DNA of 64,000 nt from Hormiphora californensis (lineage: Eukaryota > Animalia > Ctenophora), in NCBI GenBank assembly GCA_020137815.1, contig CM035354.1:8723341-8787340 (forward strand). Direction: 5' to 3'. Made by a program: the position numbers and the translations under genes. The notes beneath the pieces are model-generated. The model did not search any database. It was not told the origin of the DNA and saw only the letters and a list, made by a program, of their open reading frames with translations. The stretch's first letter is position 1, and every line of letters begins with the position of its first letter. This document shows, piece by piece, positions 1 to 15,722 of this stretch.

Positions 1-341
1 TCAGGAAATGTGAGCCGTGCATTGTGGCACGCAATTTAGTGCTACTAAAACACAAGACCAAGTTCCATACGGTTTGAGTGATTGATAAATGATGAGAAAT
101 GTCTGGCCCGCCTTCACATTAAATTTAGTTATGAAAATAGAGGTTGGCGGGGAAACATAGCATTATGAAACATAATGCAATGATTCTTGTTATAGTGTGT
201 GTCATAAGTAAGGAAGGTGTTATAATTTAGGTATACCACTCTGACGCTGAGCAGTGTCAGTCAAAATTCAGTTTGCTGGCCCTGTTTTGCCTGGGCGGTA
301 TACAAAAACTTATATTATTATTATTATTATTATTATGCTAA

Positions 342-974
342 GGGTGCGATCACACCAGGATCTTCGAAACAATTGCTTCGAAGATCCAAACTGAATCACA
401 CTGAAAAGTTTGGTTGGTTCTTCAAATTAGCAGGCGTTCAGTTGTGAACGTGGACGCTGGCAGGCTTTTACATGTTGCAACATGTAACATCTTGCCAGCG
501 CCCATGTCGCACGTGCCAATGTGCCGCACACAACAGGCGCCCCCATCAAAAGTTCGCGACGCTAATTCTTGGTTGGCGTCGCGATTAACGTCGCTAAAAA
601 AGTTCATTCGCTGCAAGAATAGCGTCGCGAATCCAGGTATTCGCGGCGTTTTCACTGCGTTTTTTCAAAAAAGCAAATTTTTCAGCATTTGAATTTTTCA
701 AAATCAGCTGCTGAAAAATGCAAATGCTGAAAAATTTGCTTTTTTTGAAAAAACGCAGTGAAAACGCCGCGAATACCTGGATTCGCGACGTGATTCTTGC
801 AGTGAATGAGCTTTTTTAGCGACGTTTATCGCGACGCCAATCAAGAATTAGCGTCGCAAACTTTTGATGGGGGCGTTCACAACTGAACGCCTGATAATTT
901 GAAGAACCAACCAAACTTTTCAGTGTGATTCAGTTTGGATCTTCGAAGCAATTGTTCCTGGTGTGATAGCGCCC
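342..974. mobile_element. Palindromic MITE, PIF/Harbinger-type
   Basis: TAA|GGGTGCGATCACACCAGG...CCTGGTGTGATAGCGCCC|TAA; the arms are near-complete inverted copies; 3-bp TAA TSD. Confidence 0.8.
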
Positions 975-1135
975 TAAGAGTAAGAGGTGGTAATGGAGGT
1001 GCAAATACCGCTTACTGCTTAGTTTAAGTCTGGCGTCACTTAACCGTTGAAGACACAGATTTTTTTTTACCAACTTAAAAGCTAAATACTGTATCCCCAA
1101 AACGACTGGAGATAGGGCAATAGTTTCTTGATAAG

Positions 1136-1418
1136 GGCAATTTGCGATTTGCGGGCATCGCATTATAGAGGCATTATAGACGCATTATAACAGCAATATA
1201 AACGCATTTTTATAGACACGACGCAGTATAGGTGCACCACCCACGCCAAAATTGTGTTAAAGACGCACTATAGACGCATATAGACGGAGTATTAGAGGAG
1301 CACCATAAACACTACATAGCCGCATTATATACGGATTATAAACGCATTATAGACGCAGGTCGCTTTTTATAGACGCGGCGTCTATAAAAACGTACTTTTT
1401 TAAGAAGCACTATAGACG
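1136..1418 (+). mobile_element. Truncated left arm of the TATAGACGCA-repeat foldback element (family of 11245-15155)
   Basis: Starts GGCAATTTGCGATTTGCGGGCATCGCA as at 11245 and has the same subrepeats. Confidence 0.7.
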
Positions 1419-2068
1419 TAAAGTCGGATTTTTGAAGTTGTCACCCCCCATTTCACGAGCGGCGTTGTATTTGCGTGTGACAGCCCCCACTTTTTCTCAT
1501 TTTCGAAAAAAAAAACCCGAATAACATCGGAAAGAGCATAATTTTGTGAGTCCGTAGAGTTTTTGTTTGACGAAATTGGTCAAGAAACAAGGGTGTGAGA
1601 GCCAAAACAAGATTCCGGTGCGCAAATAAAATGTCGCACGCCACCCTAGATGGTCGGTATGATTTTTAAAATGAGAGAGAACAGCAGGGATTTTCACAAA
1701 AAGTTATCTTGATACTCCTTGATGACTAACTCAAACTTTAGTGAAAACCGCATGTCTCTAACATGTTTTTGAAAGTTAGCTCAATTTTCAAAAACATGCT
1801 AGAGACATGCGATTTTCACTAAAGTTTTAGTTAGCCATCAAGGAGTATCTAGATAACTTTTTGTGAAAATTCCTGCTGTTCTCTCTCACTTTAACAACTT
1901 TTTGAGTTTTAGGTACTACATGGTCGGACCCCGATTTACAGGAACCCCGATTTATCGGGAGGATAAACTCCCCCCAATATAGGAAATTAACAGTTTTTCA
2001 CCCCGATATACCGAGCACCCCGATTTGGGTGGTCATTTGGGGGTGACAACTTCAAAAATCCGACTTTA
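1419..2068. mobile_element. TIR non-autonomous element
   Basis: TAAAGTCGGATTTTTGAAGTTGTCACCCC...GGGGTGACAACTTCAAAAATCCGACTTTA with an internal palindrome at ~1670-1890; related end at ~34290-34438. Confidence 0.65.
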
Positions 2069-2631
2069 CAAACTTGATATCATACTATTATTAAAGCAAA
2101 TAGGGAAATGATGTGTCCCGTTTTTTACCAAATATGGCAAATAGTGTTCCTATTTCCTGGAAATTCCTGGAAATGGCCTTTTGCACGTGTTGTCCCTAGA
2201 GGGACCCTAGCAACCTGCCAGCTTGAGCCTTAAACTGCACGTGCATCCTTGATTCATCTCTCTGCCGGTTGTGTGAATGATCGTTTGCTCGATTTGATCT
2301 GTTCACCACGTTTCGTGAACATGACTATTGACTACTCAACTTCAACACAATCGCCAGTGAGTTTGGAGGAGCCATATGTCGCAAACTGGCGCTGACCCCT
2401 ATAGACTACGTGATAGAACCCTAAAAAGAGGTGATTATTATTCAAAAAATATTGTCAACACACGTAATAACAAAGTATCAATGGCACTAATAAGAAATGA
2501 CAGTAATACGTGAAAGTATTTTGCAAATGTGCTCCTTCATAAAATACTTAAGGACTTGGTAAAAGAGGACCCGTGGTTTTTCTGTCGAAAGAATCCCTGT
2601 GGTCAATTTACTGATTTTAAAAATTTCAAAT

Positions 2632-3700
2632 GACTAGCGCACCCATTGGGTGCGCCTCAAGTAAGGGCCTTTTGATAACCCACCCGGCTTCGCCGTGTGG
2701 CTCATTTCGCCACTTTCAACGTCAATAACACGGTTGCCATGGCAACTGAATTGGTAAATATGGTGACTGAATTGTTAAAATTCATTCGAAAATAGTAAGA
2801 AACTTCCACTGGAAGTTCCAAAACTGTGAGTAACAGCTTTACAGCTTTGGGCACATAGAGTGTTTTATGAAGGAGCACTGTCGCTTAGATACCGCCTAAC
2901 GAACGACTTCGACTTCGACGTTCATCTCCAAATTATAATAGAGATAGCGCACCCATTGGGTGCGCCCCAAGTAAGGGCTTTTTGTTAACCCATACGGCTT
3001 CGCCGTGTGGTTGTTTTTGCCACTTTTAACGGAAATAACGCGGTTGCCATGGCAACTGAAGTGGTAACTATGGGGACTGAATTGTTAAAATTCATTCGAA
3101 AATAGTAAGAAACTTCCACTGGAAGTTCCAAACGTGTGAGCTTTGGTCGCATAAAATGTCGCATAAAATGTTTTATGAAGGAGCACCCATTCCTACCCGG
3201 TTATCATTTGTGGTTTTTTTGATCTTTGATGTCGATTTTTTCAAAAACCCTACTTGGGATTAGATTAATTCTTTTTCTAATCGACTAAGCTAATCCTAAG
3301 CTTTCGAAAACACACCCTATTGATATAGAGCGGATGAAAAAACTTCGACGTCGTTCATCTCCAAATTATAATATAGACTAGCGCACCCAAATTGGGTGCG
3401 CCTCAAGTAAGGGCTTTTTGATAACCCACCCGGCCTCGCCGGGCGGTTCTTTTCGCCCTTTCTGCTTTCAACGTCAATAACACGGTTGCCATGGCAACTG
3501 AATTGGTAACTATGGGGACTGGGCTGTTAAAAGTCATTCGAAATATTAAGAAACTTCCACTGGAACTTCAGAAAGTGTGAATAACAGCTTTACAGCTTTC
3601 GTCATATGAAGTGATTTATGAAGGAGCAGTCTGTCGCTTAGATACCGCTGAACGAACGGCTTCGACTTCGACGTCGTTCATCTCCAAATTATAATAGAGA
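2632..3700 (-). mobile_element. Three tandem copies of a ~310-bp Helitron-like non-autonomous element
   Basis: Units start (A)CTAGCGCACCCATTGGGTGCGC, i.e. a hairpin followed by CTAGT on the - strand; a fourth copy in the opposite orientation lies at ~44385-44694. Confidence 0.55.
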
Positions 3701-4480
3701 TACCACACTATTTGCTTAGTTTACTGTATGACCATCCCCGACATTCGCCCGTAGGGCGAGCGGGCTTACTAGTAACAAGAATTATTGCATTATGTATTCA
3801 TAATGCGGTGTTTCCCTGCCCCAGATGGGTGAAAAATTGATGAATGAGCTTCAAATTCAGATTTTCCGATGAATTTTGCACTTTAAGAGCAATTTTTGGC
3901 TGATACGATGTTAGTTGCTTATATGGTAACCAGGGTGGTTGCTATGGTAACCAAGGCAGTTGCTATGATAACTAAGACAGTTGCTTAGGAGACCCTAGTT
4001 GGTGACCAAGCGCTTCACCTTTACCCTCAGGCCTCAGTCATCTTAATTCTTAGCACCAGTCACTTGCAATTATTGTGTGATAATAGTTTCATGCTTGGAA
4101 GACTTGCTACCACGTCATGGTACGGCTGTAGGGTACCCAAAGTGATTTCAGGTGAAAGTAGGAAGTGATACGAGTGAGTAATTGCGCGCCACAATGCGTA
4201 TTAATCATTTCCTTTGTTGAATCAACAAAGTGTGAGTTGAAATATTTATGAAGGAGCAGACTTTTTTGCTATGTGTAACGGTGGACAGACGGACGGACGG
4301 ACATTTAGCTAACTCCACGATCTGCTGATTTCTAAACCCTGAATGATCTTTTTAGCACGTGCGTGCTAAAAACATCATCCCGGATGATTGCCTTCGGCAA
4401 TCACCCGGGCAGGGAAAAAATCAATTGATTCTAAGAAATATCTTATTTTTTTCGTGAACTACCCCTTTAACATCTTACAG

Positions 4481-4819
4481 CTGAAGAGGCGCCTGCAAGT
4501 TGGTCTGCTTCTATCACCTACACGAGCTCCTCTGATTGCACAACTGTGGACCGGGTCGAGGATGTCATAGAGGCCATGAATTCCAGTCTATTATCTGGAA
4601 TTAATTATGAGAATGTTACCTTGGGAGATATATCAACAACCAGCCTTGTTCCTGAGATGAAATGTGAGATATCATTCGATCTATATGGCGGAGAAACATT
4701 AGACGAAATGAACAGAGTGTATGAACGAGTTATTAATGCTCTTTCACCTGCTGTGGAGGGTAGGGTGACTTCCACTTGTCAGAGTGGTCGAGGAATCAGT
4801 GGTGATGGTTTAAATTGTG
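4481..4819 (+). CDS. Receptor PTP exon A (first visible; SEA-like extracellular module)
   Basis: ttacag acceptor, open frame EEAPASWSASITY...GDGLNC, G|gtaagt donor; phase 1-1. Confidence 0.75.
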
Positions 4820-4880
4820 GTAAGTGTGTGATTGTGAACATCTCACACATCAATAGCTTTTTTACTACAGTTTGTTGGTA

Positions 4881-4976
4881 CAGTCGGACCCCGATTTAGT
4901 GGCCCCGATTTAGTGGCACCTCGATTTAGTGGCAGGATTTTTCCCCCGAGGACGCCACTTAATCGGGGTCCGACTG
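4881..4976. mobile_element. pogo/Tigger-type MITE
   Basis: TA|CAGTCGGACCCCGATT...AATCGGGGTCCGACTG|TA; same family at 17042 and 25962. Confidence 0.8.
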
Positions 4977-5017
4977 TAGTTATGAAACCAAAATGTAACA
5001 TTAACATGCACTATCAG

Positions 5018-5164
5018 TGGAATGTGCCGCGGGAAGATTCAGCAGTAACAACGTGTGTGTGGAGTGTGACAGTGGCAGTACTGAGTCCAGTACCGGGCAG
5101 ACATCATGTTCCACATCATGCCAGTCCTATCAGACAAACTATCAAAACACCTGTACCAATTCCA
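5018..5164 (+). CDS. Receptor PTP exon B, GCC2/GCC3 (ephrin-receptor-like) Cys-rich repeat
   Basis: atcag acceptor; VECAAGRFSSNNVCVECDSGSTESSTGQTSCSTSC...; A|gtgagt donor; phase 1-1; this frame is absent from the ORF track. Confidence 0.8.
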
Positions 5165-5350
5165 GTGAGTAACTGCACCAGGGCCTAACAATCCCAATGG
5201 TCCAGTCAATTGGGAACTAGCTGACCTTTTTAACTAGAATCTAACTAATTTAGTCAGGAACACTATTGGTGCGCGGTCGTACCCACGGAAGGAATGCTTG
5301 GATCATCTTGAACCTGGTTTTAAGTTCGCTAACGTATATTAGACAATTTT

Positions 5351-8722
<3,372 letters not shown>

Positions 8723-9353
8723 AAGTACACCTACAGAGCTCGCAGGCTCGCTCAGTAGTTACACTTAGCGTGCCTCGCAGGCTCGGCAGCTAAGTAAAAG
8801 GATCTACCTCGACCTGTCGGTCTCGGTTCATTATTGTTGTATTTAGAACACTCGGCCTTCGGCCTCGTGCACTAAAAAGTAATAGACCATTTTAACCAGT
8901 CATCTAATCATATAGTGTATACCCAAAAGTGTCTGTAGCCATATGGGTGATGTTCTGACAATCCAATCACGAGTTATAACCGAAAAACACAGCCCTTATA
9001 TGAAGCTTCATATATGGGCTGTGTTCAGATCCTCCTTTCGAAGGGCTGGGGCTTTGAAACTTCTTGTGTGGACAAAGAATTGTCTAAATTTGCAGTCTCA
9101 AATTTCAGATAGCTTCTATTTTTTGTAGTTATCTAATTAGAGTCGTTTAAACATGTGAGAAGTTGCTAAAGGGGCCTATAATAAACAGATAAAAGATAGA
9201 AACTATATCAAAGTCGCAAATTTGGACGATTCTTTGTCCACACAGGAAGTTTCAAAGCCCCAGCCCTTCATATAAGGGCTGTGTTCAGGTCCTCCTTTTT
9301 GTCACTTTAAAAAGTTTTTTTTCCACTGTTTTTCGGTCATAACTTGTAATTGG

Positions 9354-9622
9354 TACAATGAAATAGTGTTTATTTAGGACTGTAGACGACTCGGAGATTT
9401 ATCTCAGGAAAGATAATACGGGACGGTTTCGACGTTTAACGACTTTTCAACACTACTTTAAACAAATTAATTTGAGCTGATGATGACGTTAAACGTCGAA
9501 ACCGTCCCGTATTATCTTTCCTGAGATAAATCTCCGAGTCGTCTACAGTCCTAAATAAACACTATTTCATTGTATCAAAACTATGCGACTCAAAAACAGC
9601 CGATTGGTCAACTTATTGATTC
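9354..9622 (+). mobile_element. SL-hammerhead retro-element copy 1 (inverted partial copy + spliced leader + hammerhead-core body)
   Basis: 12-bp TSD ACTTGTAATTGG (9342-9353, 9623-9634); SL 9442-9476 followed directly by CTGATGA T GACGT-TAA-ACGTC GAAA CCGTC. Confidence 0.75.
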
Positions 9623-9678
9623 ACTTGTAATTGGATTGTCAGAACATCACCCAAATGGCTACAGACACTTTTTGGGTA

Positions 9679-11056
9679 GGGTAGCCACTGGCTATTTGAA
9701 ACGTCTGCCAATTTGAAACAGTTTTTGGCTATTTGAAACACATGGACTGGCTATTTGAAACATAGTGCCCCGTATGTACAGAGTGGGCCAGAAACATGGT
9801 GCCACTTTGAGATAAGTAACGTGTCAATACAGTTCGCTCTCCGATGTACAGAGTAATTTTCACGGTCTATTGACTAGAAAAGGCTCTCCTGAGGATTGAG
9901 ATCGACAGAGAGTCACCCTTTCCCTAACAATTATCAGCCTGTCAACTGACAGGGTAACACGTTGAAATGTGGATCCGTACAATGGAGAGAGGATTGTATT
10001 TTTCCAATTCTTATCTCCAAGTGGCTCCATGTTTCTGGCCCACCCTGTAGTTGCCTTGGGAGAGGCATAGAAAACAATACATAGACATGCCAGTGTTTTA
10101 AACTCTGGAATAGAAACAATCCTTGTGTTTTAGTAAAAATTCAAAAATTATCTTTTTATTTCAAAAAATAAAAATTGGGAAACTTGAATATAATTATAAA
10201 TAGCTTTTTAAACCTCTGGGCGCGCGTCTGAGATCGTAAAAGTGTTCTAATTGAGCATAATTGGGTCTTAATGACCCCATTTACAACTTTTCACCTGGAA
10301 ATGTTAGATGCTTATGTGAGGGCACTTTTCCGACTAATTTTGTTACGCTGAATCACGTAAGCAACCTTTCCAATCCCTCAGAGGTCGGGAAAGTGCCTTA
10401 ATTGAGCAATTAAGGCCAATTAGACCCAATTATACTCAATTAGGGCATACGTGATTCAGCGTATCGAAATTAGTCGGGTTCAGTGGTTTTCGCTATGATA
10501 TGATTTGCAGGGCAAGCGATTCTGGTAATTTGAACCACTGCGGAGGGCTATTTGAAACACTTTTCTCCAAATTCGCTGTCGGAAATGTATGATGTTCATC
10601 TTGAGCATGATAGGGAGGATATGAATTATGATTTTAGCCATTTCCGCCAAAAATTGGCCGAATTTTGGGCAAAAACTATTTTCCTGGCTATTTGAAACAC
10701 ATTTTGGAAACATTCACTGCACCAAGCACGTGCAAAAAAATTCAGATTTCAGACATGGAATGGCTTTGTACAACCCTTTTCTAACTATTTCAGGTCGAAA
10801 ATTTTGGTTTCGTGGACAAATTGAGGGAGATACAAATTAGCAGACTGAGGCGGGCTAATTGAAACACCAAATTTGGATATATATCACGTGATCCTGACCC
10901 CGGAAGACAAAATAAGATATCTCAAACCACCCCAGAAATTGCCCAGGGACTGTGTCGGTAACATAATGTCAAAAAATTTTGGGTTCGACTTGATTTGTGG
11001 ACACGCAAGCGAAAAAAAAAGTGAAAAAGTGTTTCAAATAGCTGCAGTGACTACCC
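9679..11056. mobile_element. Non-autonomous TA-TSD DNA transposon, copy 1
   Basis: TA|GGGTAGCCACTGGCTATTTGAAAC...GTTTCAAATAGCTGCAGTGACTACCC|TA; homologous to 13740-14886. Confidence 0.8.
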
Positions 11057-12061
11057 TATGCATTAGTTAAACCGGTTTCAAGATGATTCAAGCACTCCTT
11101 CCGTGGGCACGACCGCGCACCAATAGTGGTCCTGACTAAATTCGGCATTTCCGGCTGGTGATTCGGTCTCTCTACCGCCTATGGTAGAGGACTATTTGAT
11201 CTCCTGCTTTAGTCTAGTTGGATACGTGATCCACTGCAGCCTTTGGCAATTTGCGATTTGTGGGCATCGCACTATAATAGACGCAGTATACCCACGTACT
11301 ATAGACGCATTATAGACGTATTATAGACGCATTATAGACGCAGTATAGACACACGCAATATAGACGGACTTTCTTAAGCAGCAGTATAGACGCAGTATAG
11401 GCGCATTATAACAGCAATATAAACGCATTTTTATAGACGCGACGCAGTATAGCCGCATCATAGGCGCACTACCCAACCCAAAATCACCTTATAGACGCAC
11501 TATAGACGCATTATAGACTGACTATAGCAGCACCATAAACGCTACATAACTGCATATAGACGCATTATAGAAGCATTATAGACGCAAATCGCTTTTTATA
11601 GACGCCGCGTCTATAAAAAAACGTGCTTTTTTAAGAAGCACTAAAGACGTACTCCAGGCTACAGTGCGATATTTGAGGCGCAGTTGGGCGTTTTATAAAC
11701 GCATTTTTGTCGCATATAAAAGGAAGCAGTATAGACGCATTATAGACGCATTATAGCCGCATGTGTGCGAAATCGATTAAGACGCAATATAGACGCAAAA
11801 TAAGAAGGATATGGAGAGCGAGAGGGAGGGAGGGATGACCTCGCTTCGACTTCTGTGATCCAAGCACGGGCGTGACAGGATTCCACATTTGGGGTGATGA
11901 TGACAAGGATTTCTTTTCTTTCTTTTCTTTCTGATGAAAAGGATTTCTTTTCTTTCTTTTCTTTCTGATGACAAAGATTTCTTTTCTTTCTTTCCTTTCT
12001 TTTTTTCAAGCTAAATCAAAAGAAATCCTTGTCATCATCAGCCCACATGTGGAATCCTGTC

Positions 12062-13203
12062 AGGGACGGGAGGGAAAGGGAGGGAGGCGGGAGGGAGGGA
12101 GGGATGGGAGGGACGGAGCAGGGAGGGAGGGAGGGAGGGAGGGAGGGGAGGGAGGGAGGGAGGGAGGGAGGGAGGGAGGGAGGGAGGAGGGAGGGAGGAG
12201 GGAGGGAGGGAGAGGAGGGAGGGGAAGGAGAGGGAGGGAGGGGAGAGGGAGGGAGGGAGAGGACAGGGAGGGACGGGAAGCAGCGGAGGGAGGGAGGGAG
12301 GGAGGGAGGGAGGGAGGGAGGGAGGGAGGGAGGGAGGGAGGGAGGGATGAGGAGGGGAGGGAGGGAGGGAGGGAGGGAGGGAGGGAGGAGGAGGGAGGGA
12401 GGGAGGGAGGGAGGAGGGAGGGAGGGAGAGGGAGGGAGGGAGGGAGGGGACGGAGGGAGGGGAGGGAGGGAGGGAAGGGAGGGAGGGAGGAGGGAGGGAG
12501 GGAGGGAGGGCGGGAGGGAGGGAGGAGGGAGGGAGGGAGGGAGGGAGGGAGGGAGGGAGGGAGGAGGGAGGGAGGGAGGGAGGGAGGGAGGGAGGGAGGA
12601 GGGAGGGAGGGAGGGAGCGGGAGGAGGGAGGAGGGAGGGAGGGAGGGAGGGAGGAGGGAGGGAGGGAGGGAGGGAGGGAGGGAGGGAGGAGGGAGGGAGG
12701 GAGGGAGGGAGGGAGGGAGGGAGGGAGGGAGGGAGGGAGGGAGGGAGGGAGGGAGGGAGGGAGGGAGGGAGGGCAGGGAGGGAGGGAGGGAGGGAGGGAG
12801 GGAGGGAGGGAGGGAGGGAGGGAGGGAGGGAGGGAGGAGGGAGGGAGGGAGGAGGGAGGAGGGAGGGAGGGAGGGAGGGAGGGAGGGAGGGAGGGAGGGA
12901 GGGAGGGAGGGAGGGAGGGAGGGAGGGAGGGAGGGAGGGAGGGAGGAGGGAGGGAGGGAGGGAGGGAGGGAGGGAGGGAGGGAGGGAGGGAGGAGGGAGG
13001 GAGGGAGGGAGGGAGGGAGGGAGGAGGGAGGAGGGAGGGAGGGAGGGAGGGAGGGAGGGAGGGAGGGAGGGAGGGAGGGAGGGAGGGAGGGAGGGAGGGA
13101 GGGAGGGAGGGAGGGAGGGAGGGAGGGAGGGAGGGAGGGAGGGAGGGAGGGAGGGAGGGAGGGAGGGAGGGAGGGAGGGAGGGAGGGAGGGAGGGAGGGA
13201 GGG
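12062..13203 (+). repeat. (GGGA)n purine microsatellite, ~1.1 kb
   Basis: Direct reading; source of the spurious GRE/PPSL ORFs. Confidence 0.95.
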
Positions 13204-13739
13204 ATACAGACGGATAAAGACCTGAGACAGACGGACAGAGTAAGATGGAGAGAGACAGTGAGATAGGGACGGAGTGAGACAGAAAAAGACAGATATGGAA
13301 ACAAACGGACAGAGACAGACGGACTGACAAACACGCGCTTACTATATCCCTCTCTGTCTCACTCTCTCCATCTTAATCTCTCTCCATCTTACTCTGTCCG
13401 TCTGTCTCAGGTCTTTATCCATCTGTCTCTGTCCCTGTATCCATCCCTCCCTCTTTCCCTCTCCCTCCCTCTCCCTCCCTCTCTCTCGCTCTCCGTCTCC
13501 TTCCTATTTTGCGTCTATATTGCGTCTTTATCGATTTCGCACACATGCGGCTATAATGCGTCTATAATGCGTCTATACTGCTTCCTTTTATGTGCAAGAA
13601 AAATGCGTTTATAGTTCGCCCAACTGCGCCTCAAATATCGCAGCGTGCGTCTGAGTACGTCTATAGTGCTTCTTAAAAAACACGTTTTTTATAGACGCGG
13701 CGTCTATAAAAAGCGATTTGCGTCTATAATGCTTCTATA

Positions 13740-14886
13740 GGGTAGCCACTGGCTATTTGAAACGCCTGCCAATGTGAAACAGTGTCTGACTATTTGAAAC
13801 GCATGGTCTGGCTATTTGAAACGCAGTGCCGCGTATGTAGTAGCTTGTCTTGGGAGATGCCTAGCAAACAGTTGGTAGACATGCCGTTATTTCAAATTCT
13901 GGAATAGAAACAATCCTTGTGTTTAAATAAAAAATTCAAAGATTTCCTTTTTATTTCAAAAAATGAAAATTGAGAAAATTAAATATAATTATAAATAGCT
14001 TTTTTAAACCTCTGGGCTCCGTCTCAGATCGGAAAAGTGTTCTAATTAAGCATAATTGGGTTTTAATGACCCCATTTACAACTTTTCACCAGGAAATGAT
14101 TTATACTTATGTGAGGGCACTTTTCCGACTAATTTTGATACGCTGAATCACGTAAGCAGCCTTTCCAATCCCTCAGAGGTCGGGAAAGTACCTTAATTGA
14201 GCAATTAAGGTCAATTAGACCGAATTATACTCAATTAGGGCACTTAATCGGCCTCAGACGGATTGGAAAAGTTGCTTACGTGATTCAGCATATCGAAATT
14301 AGTCGGGTTCAGTGGTTTCCGATATGTTATGATCTGCAGGGCAAGCGATTCTGGTAATTTGAAACACTGAGGAGGGCTATTTGAAACACTTTTCTCCAAA
14401 TCCGCTGTCGGAAATTTTTGATGTTCATTTTGAGCATAGGGAGGATATGAATTATGATTTAAGCCATTTCCGCCAAAAATTGGCCGAATTTGGGACAAAA
14501 ACCGTTTTCCTGGCTATTTGAAACACTTTTTGGAAACATTAACTGCACCAAGCACATGCAACCAAATTCAGATTTCAGACATGGAATGGCTCTGCACAAC
14601 CCTTTTCTAACTATTCCATGTCAAAAATTTCGGTTTCGTGGAGAAATTGAGGGAGATACGGGTGTTTCAAATTAGCAGACCGAGGCGGGCTAACTGAAAC
14701 ACCAAATTTGGATAGATATCACGTGACCCTGGCCCCGGAAGCCAAAATGAGACATCTCCAACCACCCCAAAAACTACCCAGGGACTGTCTCGGTAACACA
14801 AGGTCAAAAAAATTTGGGTTCGACTTGATTTGTGGGCAGGCAAGGGAAAAAAGTGAAAAACTGTTTCAAATAGCCAGTCGCTACCC
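13740..14886. mobile_element. Non-autonomous TA-TSD DNA transposon, copy 2, nested in the right arm of 11245-15155
   Basis: TA|GGGTAGCCACTGGCTATTTG...CAAATAGCCAGTCGCTACCC|TA. Confidence 0.8.
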
Positions 14887-15541
14887 TAATGCGTCTATAT
14901 GCGTCTATGTAGCGTTTATGGTGCTGCTAAAGTCAGTCTATAATGCGTCTATAGTGCGTCGCGTCTATAAAAATGCGTTTATATTGCTGTTATAATGCGC
15001 CTATACTGCGTATATATATACTGCTGCTTACGAAAGTCCGTCTATATTGCGTGTGTATATACTGCGTCTATAATGCTTCTATAATGCGTCTATAATTCGT
15101 CTATAGTACGTGGGTACTGCGTCTATAGTGCGATGCCCGCAAATCGCAAATTGCCGGAGCCTTTTATTGCAGTCTTTTATAAGAAGCGAATTTCTACTCA
15201 CCTGCCGCATTTCTAATTGTTACCTTCTCTCTAGCGTATATCAATACTATTCCATCCATGCCGTTTACGTCATTGGTCCCTGAACCCTCGACTACAGTTT
15301 CAACTACTACCTCAATTACTATGTCCTGTGAACCTGGATTTACATACGGAGATACTGCTGTATCAATTGTAGAAGCAGATGCAGATGCATTTGATTTCTT
15401 TTGCAGAAGTAAGTAGTAACAATCGGGTTTGTATAGTGGGAATTTACCTAAACTGTAAAGATTGTAGGTTTGCAAAGAATATGCCGTGCTAGTACACATT
15501 ATACAATGTCTTCACACATAACAACCTCATCTCCAATTTAG

Positions 15542-15722
15542 GTGTTCAGATGGAGCAGACTAACTCTCTGTATGTGATAGGATCCGATACATCATATGCT
15601 ACTTGCCATGCCCAGGGGGCTGAGGTGGGAGATATCACATTCTACTGGTGCAGTTCTGACAAGCCCAACTGTGTGGAGATTACTGGGACTCAAACAAGCA
15701 TTTCTAGCACTCATATTATCAG
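15542..15722 (+). CDS. Receptor PTP exon C (N-half of an Ig-like domain)
   Basis: tttag acceptor; VQMEQTNSLYVIGSDTSYATCHAQG...TFYWC; AG|gtatgt donor; phase 1-2. Confidence 0.75.

Larger units (their letters stand above)
11245..15155. mobile_element. Foldback/Mutator-like element with long TIRs built of TATAGACGCA subrepeats
   Basis: GGCAATTTGCGATTTG...CAAATCGCAAATTGCC; 9-bp TSD GCAGCCTTT/GGAGCCTTT (1 mismatch). Confidence 0.75.

Noticed and set aside
1-90. Possible upstream exon of the PTP gene
   Set aside because: No convincing donor or domain motif; frames close quickly
358-388. CGAAACAATTGCTT resembling the hammerhead at 33431
   Set aside because: No CTGANGA core upstream; part of a MITE arm hairpin
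9442-9476. SL-RNA gene
   Set aside because: None of the SL copies is followed by the GT donor and intron part an SL-RNA gene needs
11968-13334. 400-aa GRE-rich and PPSL-rich ORFs
   Set aside because: Translations of the GGGA microsatellite
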